Shown one piece after another: positions 1 through 10,255 of a stretch of DNA of 64,000 nucleotides. Numbering within the stretch: position 1 is the stretch's first letter; every line of letters starts with the position of its first letter. The notes beneath the pieces are model-generated. The model searched no databases. It was not told the origin of the DNA and saw nothing but the letters and a program-made list of their open reading frames with translations. The translations under genes were made by a program, and so were the position numbers. Source of the DNA: an uncultured archaeon (GTDB lineage: Archaea; Aenigmatarchaeota; Aenigmatarchaeia; QMZP01; JACQNV01). Location: NCBI GenBank assembly GCA_964410585.1, contig CAYPFW010000001.1, positions 256,001 through 320,000 on the forward strand, given 5' to 3'.

Positions 1-7
1 CAAGAAA

Positions 8-700
8 TTGGTCTCTTTCAGTGATGGATTTGATATTAATGATAATAGATACAAGACAGTTTTCATAGCAACTGACACAATACAAACTTCTTCTTTCGAC
101 ATAGACGGAGAAGATCTTATATGCAAAAATAGCAGCAATGATTTTGATCTCCGTGGTGAAAAAATTCCAATAGGCACAAGGATAGATGGAAGTAAAGTTT
201 TGAGAGCAGTTGAGCATTTCGGGGAACAGGCAACAAAAGTAGAGGATATGTTTTATGCTAGCCTTGCAAGGAAAGTAAGGGACTATGTGGTTAGAAAGAA
301 TAATAGGAATTTCAGTCCTGAATACTATATGGATAGTTTCGAAGATGGTTATATACTCTTAAGCGTTCACACAACATCAGGAGTGTTACTTTTACAAGAT
401 CGTCGTGGAATTTTTGACACTGATGAACTACATGGAAAACCAACTTATCTAGAAGGTGGAAGAAAAATGATTATAGAAGGAAAAACAGTCAATAAAAATG
501 ATGGAATGACGCAATTTAATAGAGACGGAACAGTAACTTTTACACCTATTAAGAAACCTTTGGTAGCTCCGGACAATGATGTAGATGGGAGAATAACTGG
601 TGTAGATGAAAAAGTAGAAGGTGATCATATTCTTAACATGAATACAGAGCAATACAGAAAATTGCTGCTCGAGTTAGACGAAAAGATAGGAGATGAATGA
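8..700 (+). CDS. hypothetical protein, probably 5'-truncated by the window edge
   Basis: 230-aa ORF beginning at the window edge; its stop overlaps the next start (ATGA). No motif recognised. Confidence 0.6.
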   Translation: MVSFSDGFDINDNRYKTVFIATDTIQTSSFDIDGEDLICKNSSNDFDLRGEKIPIGTRIDGSKVLRAVEHFGEQATKVEDMFYASLARKVRDYVVRKNNRNFSPEYYMDSFEDGYILLSVHTTSGVLLLQDRRGIFDTDELHGKPTYLEGGRKMIIEGKTVNKNDGMTQFNRDGTVTFTPIKKPLVAPDNDVDGRITGVDEKVEGDHILNMNTEQYRKLLLELDEKIGDE

Positions 701-1500
701 CAAGAAAATTCATGGACTACGCGAGAAGTTTAGGCGGTAGATTATTTTTAGGTTCAGCTGCACTGTGTTTAGGGCTAGCTGTAGCCCAACCAATCAGAAA
801 CGCTGTAAGAAATTGGGGATCAGAAGATTTTGTAGGAAACATCATAGAATATGTTTCCAGCAAGTTCCATGAGAGGAGAGACGGAACATTTTATCTGCAT
901 TGTGATTTTCCAGGAAAACGTGTTGACATTTCTATTAAAATTGAAAATGGAAGACCACTAAGATATCTCAATATAGAAAACAGTGATTTTGTTAGCCAAA
1001 ACGGAACAAGTACTTTGTACAATAAAAGACCTGGTTTTGAGGACGTCAATGGAAATGGAAGACTAGAGAATGGAGACAACGTAACATGGGTTTATTACCA
1101 AGAAAATGGTTATGATAAAGTGCTTGAGGAAGCAGATAAAGCATACAGAGACCAATTGAAAGACTTGAATACAAGGGTACAAGAACTTAAACATTTGGAC
1201 AAGTTGACAGAGGCCATACAAGAGGATGTTATTGAAACAGGAAAACCTGAATTTGTTTCAGATGTTTCAGTATTTCCCAAAGTTCCTTTGCTTTCATTTT
1301 TTACAAAAAGGTCTGGGAACAATTTCCACAAAACATACACCCTAGGAGACGGTTCACGAGCGTCTTTTTTTGTTAGTCTTTATGATAACATCCCAAAACT
1401 GTTAATTGATGATTCACAAAACACTTCAATCCTCCCAAGATACCAAGATATGGAAATTATGGAAAGAGTGGTAAAAGAAGCTGGTCTAAAAATTGATTAG
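697..1500 (+). CDS. hypothetical membrane-anchored or secreted protein
   Basis: N-terminal hydrophobic segment (LFLGSAALCLGLAVA), a DVNGNGRLE Ca-binding-like loop and a coiled-coil stretch. Confidence 0.65.
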   Translation: MTRKFMDYARSLGGRLFLGSAALCLGLAVAQPIRNAVRNWGSEDFVGNIIEYVSSKFHERRDGTFYLHCDFPGKRVDISIKIENGRPLRYLNIENSDFVSQNGTSTLYNKRPGFEDVNGNGRLENGDNVTWVYYQENGYDKVLEEADKAYRDQLKDLNTRVQELKHLDKLTEAIQEDVIETGKPEFVSDVSVFPKVPLLSFFTKRSGNNFHKTYTLGDGSRASFFVSLYDNIPKLLIDDSQNTSILPRYQDMEIMERVVKEAGLKID

Positions 1501-1548
1501 GAGTCAACTTGCTATTAGCTATTTATATCTACACTCTATTGATTAAAT

Positions 1549-2580
1549 ATGACCAGTGAGAAAATACTTGTTCTGTCTATCGATAGAGACGATGATTTAG
1601 GAAGAAAAGCAGGAGTCAAAGGGCCTGTTCTAGGGCCTGAAAAAGTAAAAGAAGCTGCACACAAGCTGGGTTTGGCAGATCCTGAAGATTCTGATTTTAA
1701 TGCAATGTTCGAAGCGATGAGGGTATACGAGGAAGTTAAACAAGGATCAGAGGCACAGGTTGCTGTTTTGACTGGACACAAAAATGTCGGTTTTACTTCA
1801 GATAAGATTGTCTCAGAACAGTTCAACCAGATTTTGAAAAAATTCCCTGCAACTGGGATTGTTTTTGTGACAGATGGTGTGGAAGATGAGCACACCTTAC
1901 CTATAATTCAATCTAAAGTACCTGTTATCTCTGTGAGAAGGGTTTTGGTTAAACAAGCTCCGCAGCTTGAATCTTCATACTACAAGGCAAAAGACTTTTT
2001 AGAAGAATCTTTGAAAGACCCTAAATTGGCAAGGGTTGTTTTTGGGCTCCCAGCTTTGACCTTGCTGTTGCTTGGTTTATTTGGCTTGCAGGGATTTAGG
2101 TTTGTTCTAGCCATACTTGGAATTTACTTGCTTGTGAAAGGATTCAAGCTTGAAAAATCAGTCACCGGCGGATTTGAAGAATTGAGAATAGCATTTGCTG
2201 AGAAAAGGCTGGCATTCTTTACATATACACTAGCAATAGTTATTGGGGGATTATCTGTATATAGGGGTTATGGCGCACTTTCTGAATGGGCAAGTGTAGG
2301 TATATTTGAATCAGTTGCTGCATTCTTCTTTTCATCTGCATACTTCTTTTGGATTGCAGTATCAGCGGGCTGGTTTGCAAGACTATTTAGCCATTCACAC
2401 AAACACACAAAGGGAACACTCGCAGCTGGGCCTATTTTTGGATTTGCAATAGCTTTGGTTATTTCAAATGCCAGTGAAATGGTTCTAAAGCCTGTCATTG
2501 GGCTTACTAACTTTTTGATTGCTATTGTGCTTGGCTTTGCTTTGATTGGAGTAGCTGTTTATTTGGAGAAGAGAAGATAG
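1549..2580 (+). CDS. DUF373-family archaeal membrane protein
   Basis: N-terminal LVLSIDRDDDLG..GP..G..LGLADPEDSD.N motif, VTDG.EDE motif and multiple C-terminal TM helices; TTTATA about 25 nt upstream. Confidence 0.85.
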   Translation: MTSEKILVLSIDRDDDLGRKAGVKGPVLGPEKVKEAAHKLGLADPEDSDFNAMFEAMRVYEEVKQGSEAQVAVLTGHKNVGFTSDKIVSEQFNQILKKFPATGIVFVTDGVEDEHTLPIIQSKVPVISVRRVLVKQAPQLESSYYKAKDFLEESLKDPKLARVVFGLPALTLLLLGLFGLQGFRFVLAILGIYLLVKGFKLEKSVTGGFEELRIAFAEKRLAFFTYTLAIVIGGLSVYRGYGALSEWASVGIFESVAAFFFSSAYFFWIAVSAGWFARLFSHSHKHTKGTLAAGPIFGFAIALVISNASEMVLKPVIGLTNFLIAIVLGFALIGVAVYLEKRR

Positions 2581-2623
2581 ATTGATTCTATAACATATTA
2601 AAGTCTTACTCTACACATTTTCT

Positions 2624-3694
2624 ATGAACCAAAATCAGTGGATAGATGTTGAAAAAGAACCCGAGACATTTTTTAAAACATATTTTGGAGGGGAAACAGT
2701 AGAAGACGCTGCAAGAAACCTTCAAGTTTTAGACTCAAGACCTAAAGATTGGTTGAGCTATCTTCTCGAGTTTAGAGTAAGATTTAGAAGATCTCCACAA
2801 GACAGAGAGGAAGTTTACAGGGCTTTAGAATTGTCAGAAGAACAAATCAGACAAGCAGAGGTGGATCTAAAAAATAGTAAGAGAAGATGGAAAAATAAAG
2901 AAAAGATGTATGTTCAAGAACCACCGAAACAGGAAGAGAGTGAACCTCAAAATCAAAAAAGATATACTAAAGAACTGAGAAAGAGAAGAGTGGGAAGAAA
3001 ATCCATTTATTCCCAAAACGATATAAGGCAGGCTGTTTTAGATAATTTTGTTCTAACCCAAAAAGAAATTGCAGAAATAGTTGGATGCGATCAACCATTA
3101 ATAGGTAAGCGCATGGTTGAAATGCCTGAAATATCCCAAGTTATTGCTAAGAGAAAAAAAGCATTCCGAGAACTTAGGGATAATCCATATGTCTACCTCG
3201 TGATTGCAGATGAAGAAAAAATGTTTGGGAGCCTAGCTGATTCTGGAAAGTATATGATTGAGAAAATTAAAGAGGGTGTCAGCTTTGAAGATATTAGAAT
3301 CAAGCGGAGGAAAACTGATTTAGTTGTGAAATTAAGAAGGCAAGATGTTTTAGTTGAAGATGTTAGAAAAGCAATATATAGTCAACCTGTTGTAACACAG
3401 GCTGAAGTTGGCAAAACTCTTGGAATAACAAGATATGATGTGATTTATAGATTTAGGGGTCAAGATGCATTGAGAATGCTTCTAAAAATCCGAACTCAGG
3501 AAGCAAAAGGGGCAAAAAAAGAAGGAAAGCCTCTCTATATAGTGAGATCAAATGGAGACGAATACTGTACATCAAGTCTTAGAGAGCTAGGGGAATATAT
3601 GCTCAGATATAGGAATGCAAACAAGGGGATTTTAAATGTTGATATATATAGGCGGTCATCTAGATCTATACCCACAATAAGAAGCGTGAGATAG
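2624..3694 (+). CDS. putative DNA-binding protein with two repeated HTH-like modules
   Basis: LTQKEIAEIVGCDQPLI and VTQAEVGKTLGITRYDV, each followed by a similar Y.V...SL...G.YM segment. Confidence 0.6.
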   Translation: MNQNQWIDVEKEPETFFKTYFGGETVEDAARNLQVLDSRPKDWLSYLLEFRVRFRRSPQDREEVYRALELSEEQIRQAEVDLKNSKRRWKNKEKMYVQEPPKQEESEPQNQKRYTKELRKRRVGRKSIYSQNDIRQAVLDNFVLTQKEIAEIVGCDQPLIGKRMVEMPEISQVIAKRKKAFRELRDNPYVYLVIADEEKMFGSLADSGKYMIEKIKEGVSFEDIRIKRRKTDLVVKLRRQDVLVEDVRKAIYSQPVVTQAEVGKTLGITRYDVIYRFRGQDALRMLLKIRTQEAKGAKKEGKPLYIVRSNGDEYCTSSLRELGEYMLRYRNANKGILNVDIYRRSSRSIPTIRSVR

Positions 3695-3698
3695 ATTT

Positions 3699-4469
3699 AT
3701 GATAAACATCAAACCAATATACGTCGGCATAGATTTGCACGGCACTTTGCTGAACAAAAATGAAGAAATAGAAGAAAGATTTCATAGGCCTCTTGAGGAT
3801 GCCTTGAAAAAACTGAAAACAAAAGCCAAAATCTATGTTTGTTCTGGGAATGATTTGCCTTTTGTGAAAGAGGTTTTACCGAAAGATATATTTGAGCTGT
3901 TTGATGGTTTTGTGTTGGAAACTGGATGTGTTTTTTCTGATGGGAAAACCGAGGTTGTAAAAACTCCAGAAAGCGTGCAACAGAAAGCCCATGAATTAAG
4001 GAAGGAATTGGAACAGAAGGGGTTCTCAGAAGTCAACGAGTTTAGACGAAGGCTGACAACTGTTTCTTTGTTTTGTTCAAGCCCAAAAGAGTTTGTTAAA
4101 AAAGTAGAAGGGTTTGTGCAAAAATCAGTATACAGAAACGATTTTTCTGTAACATATTCAAGCGTGGCTGTTGATGTGATTCCAAAAGGATGGGACAAGT
4201 TCATGGGTATGCAAAAACTGGCAGGAGAAAACACCATAATTGGGATTGCAGATTCGATGAATGATTTTGAATTTTTGGCTAAATCGGATTTTTCGTTTGT
4301 TCCAGCCAACGCGCCGAAAGAGGTTTTGGAGAAGTTGGAAAAGGAAAGGAAGAGTATTGTTAATTTGGAAAAAATGAATCAATTAGAAAAAAACATTATC
4401 GGAAAGGCCAAAAACCAAGAGACTGAAGGAGTGTTGGAGATATTGGATTTTATCCAAACAGCGATTTAA
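3699..4469 (+). CDS. HAD-IIB (Cof/phosphoglycolate phosphatase-like) hydrolase
   Basis: Motif I DLHGTLL, motif II CSG, motif III K (PKGWDK), motif IV IADSMND. Confidence 0.85.
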   Translation: MINIKPIYVGIDLHGTLLNKNEEIEERFHRPLEDALKKLKTKAKIYVCSGNDLPFVKEVLPKDIFELFDGFVLETGCVFSDGKTEVVKTPESVQQKAHELRKELEQKGFSEVNEFRRRLTTVSLFCSSPKEFVKKVEGFVQKSVYRNDFSVTYSSVAVDVIPKGWDKFMGMQKLAGENTIIGIADSMNDFEFLAKSDFSFVPANAPKEVLEKLEKERKSIVNLEKMNQLEKNIIGKAKNQETEGVLEILDFIQTAI

Positions 4470-5922
4470 AAATTCCTCTGGCTATTAGGCCTGCTGTTGT
4501 TGGTGTAACATCTTCACCATTTACATAAATTTTAGAACCTTCTCTACATGCCCCTATTGTATCTATACCACTTCTAACATACACAACAGCGCGCCTGATG
4601 CCACCAACTGTACCATAAACATGTCCGTCAACTCTTAGCTCACTTTTTGGATCTGAATCAGTTGAGTGAAATGGACCAACTCCAAGTATATTTCCTCTAA
4701 GATCTCCACCTATTTCACAAGTAAAATGTCCTTGATGATGATGTTTTGCAACATCTCCCCTAACACTTCCTCTAACTATAATTTTTGTTCCATAACTGCC
4801 CTGACTACTAACAACATCGCCTACAACATCGCCATCAACTATAATTTGACAGTTTCTACAATCATACTCTACAAGACCTTCCACATTTCCCCTAACTCTT
4901 GTTGTGCCTCCCTGTTGCCCAAATCCCACCAATGCTCTTTCTGATGCACTTCCTATAACTATGTCTCCACCTTTCATTCCAGTTCCAACTTGACTATTCA
5001 AAACGCGGCCTCTGACATCTACAAGACCTCCTGATTTTCCATATCCTATTAAAGTGTGTGAAACATCTTTGTGAAATATGGTTTCCCCTCCAGATTGGTG
5101 AGCGGCTAACCCCTCTTCAGAAAGGCTCGGGAAATCACAAAAAACTTCTATCTTCCCCCCTTCCTGCCAACCACCGAAAGTGTTTTGGAAACCATCACAT
5201 GCATACGTTGAATAGAGGCTATCTTTAAACCGATAGACAACGGCATGCCCGTCTTTCATGCGGTGTAGTATTAACAAAGGTACAGGTCCTTTGAACTCTA
5301 TTGTGCCGCCTTCCAAATGACCTCCAGACCAATTACCTACTTCTCCTTCGAAAATAACTTTGGCTCCTTTTTTAAGATGCTGTGCACAGCCATCGCCAAC
5401 ATTACCCTTTACAATAACTGTGCTGTTCCTCAAAAAAGAGCAAACATTTGACGGGCGTCCATATTCTCTGGCTCCATTCCAATCAGTATCATAAAGAAGT
5501 TCATATCCACATTCTTTTTCTGAAAGTATTCCAGATGAAATATCGGCATCAAAAGACTGCTTACTAGGTGTTGCATCTAAAACTATTTCTTGTCCTGGCT
5601 TAAGTTTGCTATCTAGAAGAGCAGAAAACTGAACACCCAATGCACTCTTGCCGCCAAGCCAATATCTTCTTCTAAAGTATCTTGAAAGATGTTCAGGAGA
5701 ACATCTTATGTCCGAAACAGCATCTTTTGTTTCCCTATATACTTCTTCAGGGTCTTCTCCAGACGATTTTTCGAAAGCTTGATTTATTTGGTCTTCTACA
5801 TAAGCAAAATGTGAATCCTCTGTTACAGGAACAACCACTCGACCAGAATCTTTTCTTCTTTGGCGCGCTTTTTCCTCAACTTTTTTTATTTCGTCTTCAC
5901 TTACATCAAAATCATTTTTCAT
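4450..5922 (-). CDS. GXGXG (GltB-C/FwdC-like) beta-helix repeat protein, paralog 2
   Basis: Repeated V.G.VG/GG.I motifs (VKGNVGDGCAQHLKKG, GNWSGGHLEGGTI, GTGMKGGDIVI); aligns end to end with the upstream gene. Confidence 0.75.
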   Translation of the reverse strand: MKNDFDVSEDEIKKVEEKARQRRKDSGRVVVPVTEDSHFAYVEDQINQAFEKSSGEDPEEVYRETKDAVSDIRCSPEHLSRYFRRRYWLGGKSALGVQFSALLDSKLKPGQEIVLDATPSKQSFDADISSGILSEKECGYELLYDTDWNGAREYGRPSNVCSFLRNSTVIVKGNVGDGCAQHLKKGAKVIFEGEVGNWSGGHLEGGTIEFKGPVPLLILHRMKDGHAVVYRFKDSLYSTYACDGFQNTFGGWQEGGKIEVFCDFPSLSEEGLAAHQSGGETIFHKDVSHTLIGYGKSGGLVDVRGRVLNSQVGTGMKGGDIVIGSASERALVGFGQQGGTTRVRGNVEGLVEYDCRNCQIIVDGDVVGDVVSSQGSYGTKIIVRGSVRGDVAKHHHQGHFTCEIGGDLRGNILGVGPFHSTDSDPKSELRVDGHVYGTVGGIRRAVVYVRSGIDTIGACREGSKIYVNGEDVTPTTAGLIARGIFKSLFG

Positions 5923-5932
5923 ATTTATAGCA

Positions 5933-7321
5933 TCAGTCTCCCAATAATTTTTTAAAAATTCCTCTGGCTATTAGGTTTGCAGTTGTTGGTGTAACATCTC
6001 CTCCGTTTTCATAAACTCTACAACCTTCGCTACATTTTTCTAGCCTCTCTATTTTTCTCCCAACATGGACATCGGCCCAATTCAAATAGCCAACTGTTCC
6101 ATAAACAGATTTGTGAACTGTTATCTGGCTTTTTGGACCAGATGAACTACCATATCCTACATATTGTATGTTTCCTGTTACATTGCCTTCGATTGTACAT
6201 GTTATATATTTCGAACCGCGACCGACATCGCCTTTAACATTTCCGTGGACAGTTATATCCACACCATTGTCCCCTCTTCCACCAACATTTCCAGTTACAT
6301 CACCACCAACAATTATTGTACAACCAGAGCTGCCTTCGCTTATATTAGCTCTTGCACTGCCTTTAACATGAATTGTTCCACCAAGTGTTCTTTCTCCAAC
6401 AATTCCTTCTTGAACACTTCCCAAAACTATTTCTCCACCAGTCATTTTATAACCTATTTTACATCTAATAGCTCTTTTCACACTGATGTCTCCATACTCC
6501 TTGTTAGGCCCTATACTACAGTCAGTTACCGTCCCATGAAAATTAATTTCTCCTCCTTTCTGACATGCTCCGATAGAACTACTCTGGGTTAACATAGAAA
6601 CATCGCACATGACATCTATTTTACCTTCTTCCTGATTTGCACCAAATGAGGAATATGGATATGGTTCATTCTTAAATTGATGAACTATTGCGTGACCATC
6701 TTTCATGCCTTTAAGTATATCGGTTTCTGCAGGGCCCCTAAATTCTATTTCTCCTCCATCTAAAAAATTGCCGGAATCCTTTTCAGATTCACCTTCAAAA
6801 ATAACTTTTGCTCCTCGTTTGACGTGTTGGGCTGCACACTCTCCAGAATTTCCTTTTATTGTCACTGTTCCTCTTTCTAAAAAAGAGCAGACGTATTTGA
6901 GGCTATAAGGATCATTAATTGTCCTTGCATCTAAAAATATTTCTTCCCCCTCTCTAAGCATTCTATTAAGAAGAGATGAGAAAAAAATACCCAATTGACG
7001 AGAATCTGGGCCAGCGTCTGCTTTTCTTTTGAAATATCTTGACAATTCTTGAGATGGGAAATGTGGCAATGTAGAAACACATCTTCTTGCTCTTTCATAC
7101 ACGTCTTGTGATCCCCAATCACCAGATATTCTATCATCTAAACTATCTCTGCCTTCTATAAATCTTTTGAATGCTGAATCTATTTGATCTTCAATATAAT
7201 CTAAGTGAGAATCGTCTGTTACTGGTTTGACAATTCGACCAGATTGTGTCCTTTTATCACGTGCTTTTCCAATAACATCTTCTATTTCATCCTTTGTGAC
7301 ATCAAAATCAGAATTCGTCAT
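5933..7321 (-). CDS. GXGXG (GltB-C/FwdC-like) beta-helix repeat protein, paralog 1
   Basis: Start moved to 7321 (MTNSDFDV): it makes an ATGA overlap with the upstream stop and matches the paralog N-terminus MKNDFDV. Same G-rich repeats. Confidence 0.75.
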   Translation of the reverse strand: MTNSDFDVTKDEIEDVIGKARDKRTQSGRIVKPVTDDSHLDYIEDQIDSAFKRFIEGRDSLDDRISGDWGSQDVYERARRCVSTLPHFPSQELSRYFKRKADAGPDSRQLGIFFSSLLNRMLREGEEIFLDARTINDPYSLKYVCSFLERGTVTIKGNSGECAAQHVKRGAKVIFEGESEKDSGNFLDGGEIEFRGPAETDILKGMKDGHAIVHQFKNEPYPYSSFGANQEEGKIDVMCDVSMLTQSSSIGACQKGGEINFHGTVTDCSIGPNKEYGDISVKRAIRCKIGYKMTGGEIVLGSVQEGIVGERTLGGTIHVKGSARANISEGSSGCTIIVGGDVTGNVGGRGDNGVDITVHGNVKGDVGRGSKYITCTIEGNVTGNIQYVGYGSSSGPKSQITVHKSVYGTVGYLNWADVHVGRKIERLEKCSEGCRVYENGGDVTPTTANLIARGIFKKLLGD

Positions 7322-8274
7322 CCTTGGAGTTTCCAGACGACCTTGCCGCCTGCCTTTGTTATAGCCTCTGTTATTTCCCCCGCACGTTGCACACTTATTT
7401 TCCATTTAATTTCATCATAAGCAGACCTATACGAAGATGGGCTCAAAACAGGATGAGCCTTCCTCAAAAACAAGCGCACCTCATCTTGATTAACGTCTGA
7501 AAAAGCGGCTTCTTCTCTTCTAGATGCTTCAAGTTCTCCAGATGTTTGTGCAAGTTGTGCGGCCACCCTTGGTTGTAAATCTCTTTCTAGAAGAACATAC
7601 ACTTTTGCAAGTGTAATTTTTGCAACATGTTTTTCTGGAAGCGATAAATTGTGTGGTTCTTTTGCCTTATCTAAAATAGCTGGGAGAAGGGTTCTTGTTC
7701 TATCGATTCTTGCAGGCAAAGTTATGCCTTCTTGAACTAATCTTTGAACTTCAACACTAGCTGTCATGTCTGCCGAATAATCATTTTTAAGCCTTGCAAC
7801 TTCATGTGGTGAATGGCTTCTGTCAGATTGTATGTTGGCATCCAAATCACCGATTAAATCCAACATTGCTTCTTTGTTGTCTGCAATGTATTGTTTAGCA
7901 TCTAACCAATGCTGTCTTTTGTCTTCTAATTCTTTAGCTTTTTTGCCTGCTCTAAAACAACCATAAAATCTTCTAATTTTTCCTGGATCAAAGTAAGAAG
8001 CTATGCGATTTATTTCAGGGTTCGAAGAAAATTGTGCAATCGCTGCAAAACCTCCGACTATTTGAACTGTGAGCTCTAGATATCTTTCCATATCTCTTTC
8101 TGGATCTAATCGATCTGCTTCATCGATATACACTTGAATATGCGCGTGGCAGTGTTCATTTAGAAGGGCGAAAAACCCGTTGCCGTCGACACCACCGGCT
8201 GTTCTTGCTTGCTCTAATCTTTTCCTCAATGCCTCTCCTTCATTTCTGACTCTTCTGTATACATCTTCTTCCAT
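7318..8274 (-). CDS. hypothetical alpha-helical protein
   Basis: Long ORF; likely start MEEDVY at 8274, right after the upstream stop at 8276; translationally coupled operon. Confidence 0.7.
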   Translation of the reverse strand: MEEDVYRRVRNEGEALRKRLEQARTAGGVDGNGFFALLNEHCHAHIQVYIDEADRLDPERDMERYLELTVQIVGGFAAIAQFSSNPEINRIASYFDPGKIRRFYGCFRAGKKAKELEDKRQHWLDAKQYIADNKEAMLDLIGDLDANIQSDRSHSPHEVARLKNDYSADMTASVEVQRLVQEGITLPARIDRTRTLLPAILDKAKEPHNLSLPEKHVAKITLAKVYVLLERDLQPRVAAQLAQTSGELEASRREEAAFSDVNQDEVRLFLRKAHPVLSPSSYRSAYDEIKWKISVQRAGEITEAITKAGGKVVWKLQG

Positions 8275-8275
8275 C

Positions 8276-8995
8276 TTATTCTCCCGCCACTTTTCTAAAT
8301 TTAGGTGGATCATCAAGGTATGGACAAACATCTTTTGGGTGGACACCTATTACTCGGGTTTTAATAAGATACCAGCTTGTATAAGCAGGACATCCTGTGT
8401 CTTTCAAATCTTCCCAACTGACAAATTTGAAAGGAAACCATCTATCTTTCCTTCTCTTATCTGCTATCATTGCCGTTCTACACCTGCTTTTTGTCGAATC
8501 GTCTTGAAGCGTTCTGATTTCTAATACATTAGCTGGGCCGCCGCTTCTAAATGTACAATTACCTAATGTTTGATATTGTAGATGTGACTGTGGTGCGCTA
8601 TCAGCTGGTTTTGATGACTGCTGGCCTTTTACAAACTCAAGATCTTTTGATAAATCTGCAAGCTTTCTCTGCATATCAGACATTTGTCCATCGTATTGTC
8701 CAGATCTTTCTCGCATTGCATCCTTAAGACCAGAAAATTCTTGCCTTAAACCTTCAATGGAAGCATATAATCTTTCTTCAAACGCCCTTTGTCTAGCTTC
8801 TCTTTTTGCTTCTGCTACTGCATCTTCTCTTGATCGGCAATACTCAATAACAACATCAACACGAACGTAAACATTAACTCTTTCGTCTTCAACATCTAAT
8901 CCAGCACCTCTCATTTCAGATGTTAAATCAGCAGGCAATCTATTAATCCACTCCCTTGCTTCGCCTTCAGACTTTATTTCACGATAGTTTACCAT
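8276..8995 (-). CDS. hypothetical coiled-coil protein with a Cys-containing C-terminal domain
   Basis: Central heptad-rich region; C-terminal C...C...CP...CP; TATA-like element upstream. Confidence 0.7.
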   Translation of the reverse strand: MVNYREIKSEGEAREWINRLPADLTSEMRGAGLDVEDERVNVYVRVDVVIEYCRSREDAVAEAKREARQRAFEERLYASIEGLRQEFSGLKDAMRERSGQYDGQMSDMQRKLADLSKDLEFVKGQQSSKPADSAPQSHLQYQTLGNCTFRSGGPANVLEIRTLQDDSTKSRCRTAMIADKRRKDRWFPFKFVSWEDLKDTGCPAYTSWYLIKTRVIGVHPKDVCPYLDDPPKFRKVAGE

Positions 8996-9089
8996 AGAAA
9001 CAATAAACTATTTATCTTCAAGATTTATAAGAACAATTGGTATCCTAAACATAAGGTTTGTTAAGTCTCTTTTTTTTTGCCATGTTCGA

Positions 9090-9437
9090 TAGAAAATATC
9101 GAATTTTGTATCTTTTTTAGAATCTGCTTTACTAAAACAAGTAAATATTCAAACATATACTCTAAAATATGTTTTCTAGATTTTATGCTTTGTTGAAAAC
9201 CAATATATAGAAGACCAAATTCTTGTGAAATTCTCTATTCAAGAGAATCAAACTAATTTATTTTAGAAAATATATTGAAACAAGTATAATAGAAAATATT
9301 TAATTTGATAGTTCTTTTTTAATATATATTATATAGAATATATCATCTAAAAATTTGTCAGACATTTCCAAAACACTAAAAATAAATTCACTCCAAGTAG
9401 ATTCTGAATAGAATAGACAATTGAACATAGAAAATTT
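9090..9437. repeat. dispersed TAGAAAATAT motif in an AT-rich intergenic region
   Basis: Exact copies at 9090, 9264 and 9290; variants at 9334 and 9428. Confidence 0.45.
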
Positions 9438-9456
9438 CAGAACATTTACTGGGTAA

Positions 9457-9735
9457 TTAAAGAGAACAAGAATATTTACCTATTAATTCGCTTGGACAAT
9501 CTCCTCTTCTAAGAACATCAAGCAATTCATCCATCTCACTTTGTTCAAGCACGTATCCTGGAGAAATATTACGCAATTCTGTGCCTATTTGCACGATTAC
9601 ACTATAACATCTTATCGGAAAACCACTTTCGTTTTTTGCGAAATAAACACTTGCTCTCACTCTTCTTCCACAAATATTACTTGAAAAAGGACCTGCTTCA
9701 GCGAAAAAATCTTCTCGACTAAATCTCCTTACCAT
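9457..9735 (-). CDS. hypothetical protein
   Basis: ORF with a probable ATG start at 9735 (MVRRFS); no motif recognised. Confidence 0.45.
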   Translation of the reverse strand: MVRRFSREDFFAEAGPFSSNICGRRVRASVYFAKNESGFPIRCYSVIVQIGTELRNISPGYVLEQSEMDELLDVLRRGDCPSELIGKYSCSL

Positions 9736-9760
9736 CCCAGAATTTGGGGAAGCTCTTTTA

Positions 9761-10255
9761 TTAAGTTTTAGCCTGTCTTGCAATCTCAGCAGCTATTTGA
9801 TCATCGAAGTCCTTGGCTATTCTTTTTGTGCGCCGCACATGTGCATTAATTTGTGACTGGGCTCTGTCGACTAGTTGGTTAATCGTCGGAGAGGCAAGGG
9901 AATAGCCTTTCATAAATTGGTCTGGAGTATCTCTGACTGGGATTTTGATAAACTCTAGAAGCCCCAAAGTCCGCCATTTGCGGATTTCCTCGTATGATTG
10001 GGAAACAGAGACTTCGAGGATTTTGGCTATTGTTTCGATTGTCAAGGGTGTATTTGTTTTTCTAGAATGCAAAAGGAACTTCAAAAGCGCAGCATGATTT
10101 GCTCGACTTTGCTTTCTTTGGAGACCTAGCCTTTGCACAATTACCTCAGCCATGTCGTCTATTGAAAGAGAGAGCTTGTAGTCTGGAGGATTGACCTCTT
10201 TTAAGACGATGTCTGCCAACTTTTTATACATATAGAGAACCAATGTCTCTCTCAA
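9761..10255 (-). CDS. winged-helix DNA-binding protein
   Basis: LTIETIAKILEVSVSQSYEEIRKWRTLGLLEF, an HTH followed by a wing. Confidence 0.7.
   Translation of the reverse strand: MRETLVLYMYKKLADIVLKEVNPPDYKLSLSIDDMAEVIVQRLGLQRKQSRANHAALLKFLLHSRKTNTPLTIETIAKILEVSVSQSYEEIRKWRTLGLLEFIKIPVRDTPDQFMKGYSLASPTINQLVDRAQSQINAHVRRTKRIAKDFDDQIAAEIARQAKT

Noticed and set aside
4450-7321. Diversity-generating retroelement (VR/TR pair) in the paralog C-termini
   Set aside because: No reverse transcriptase in the window, the shared stretch is short and coding in both copies, and the differences are not adenine-specific.
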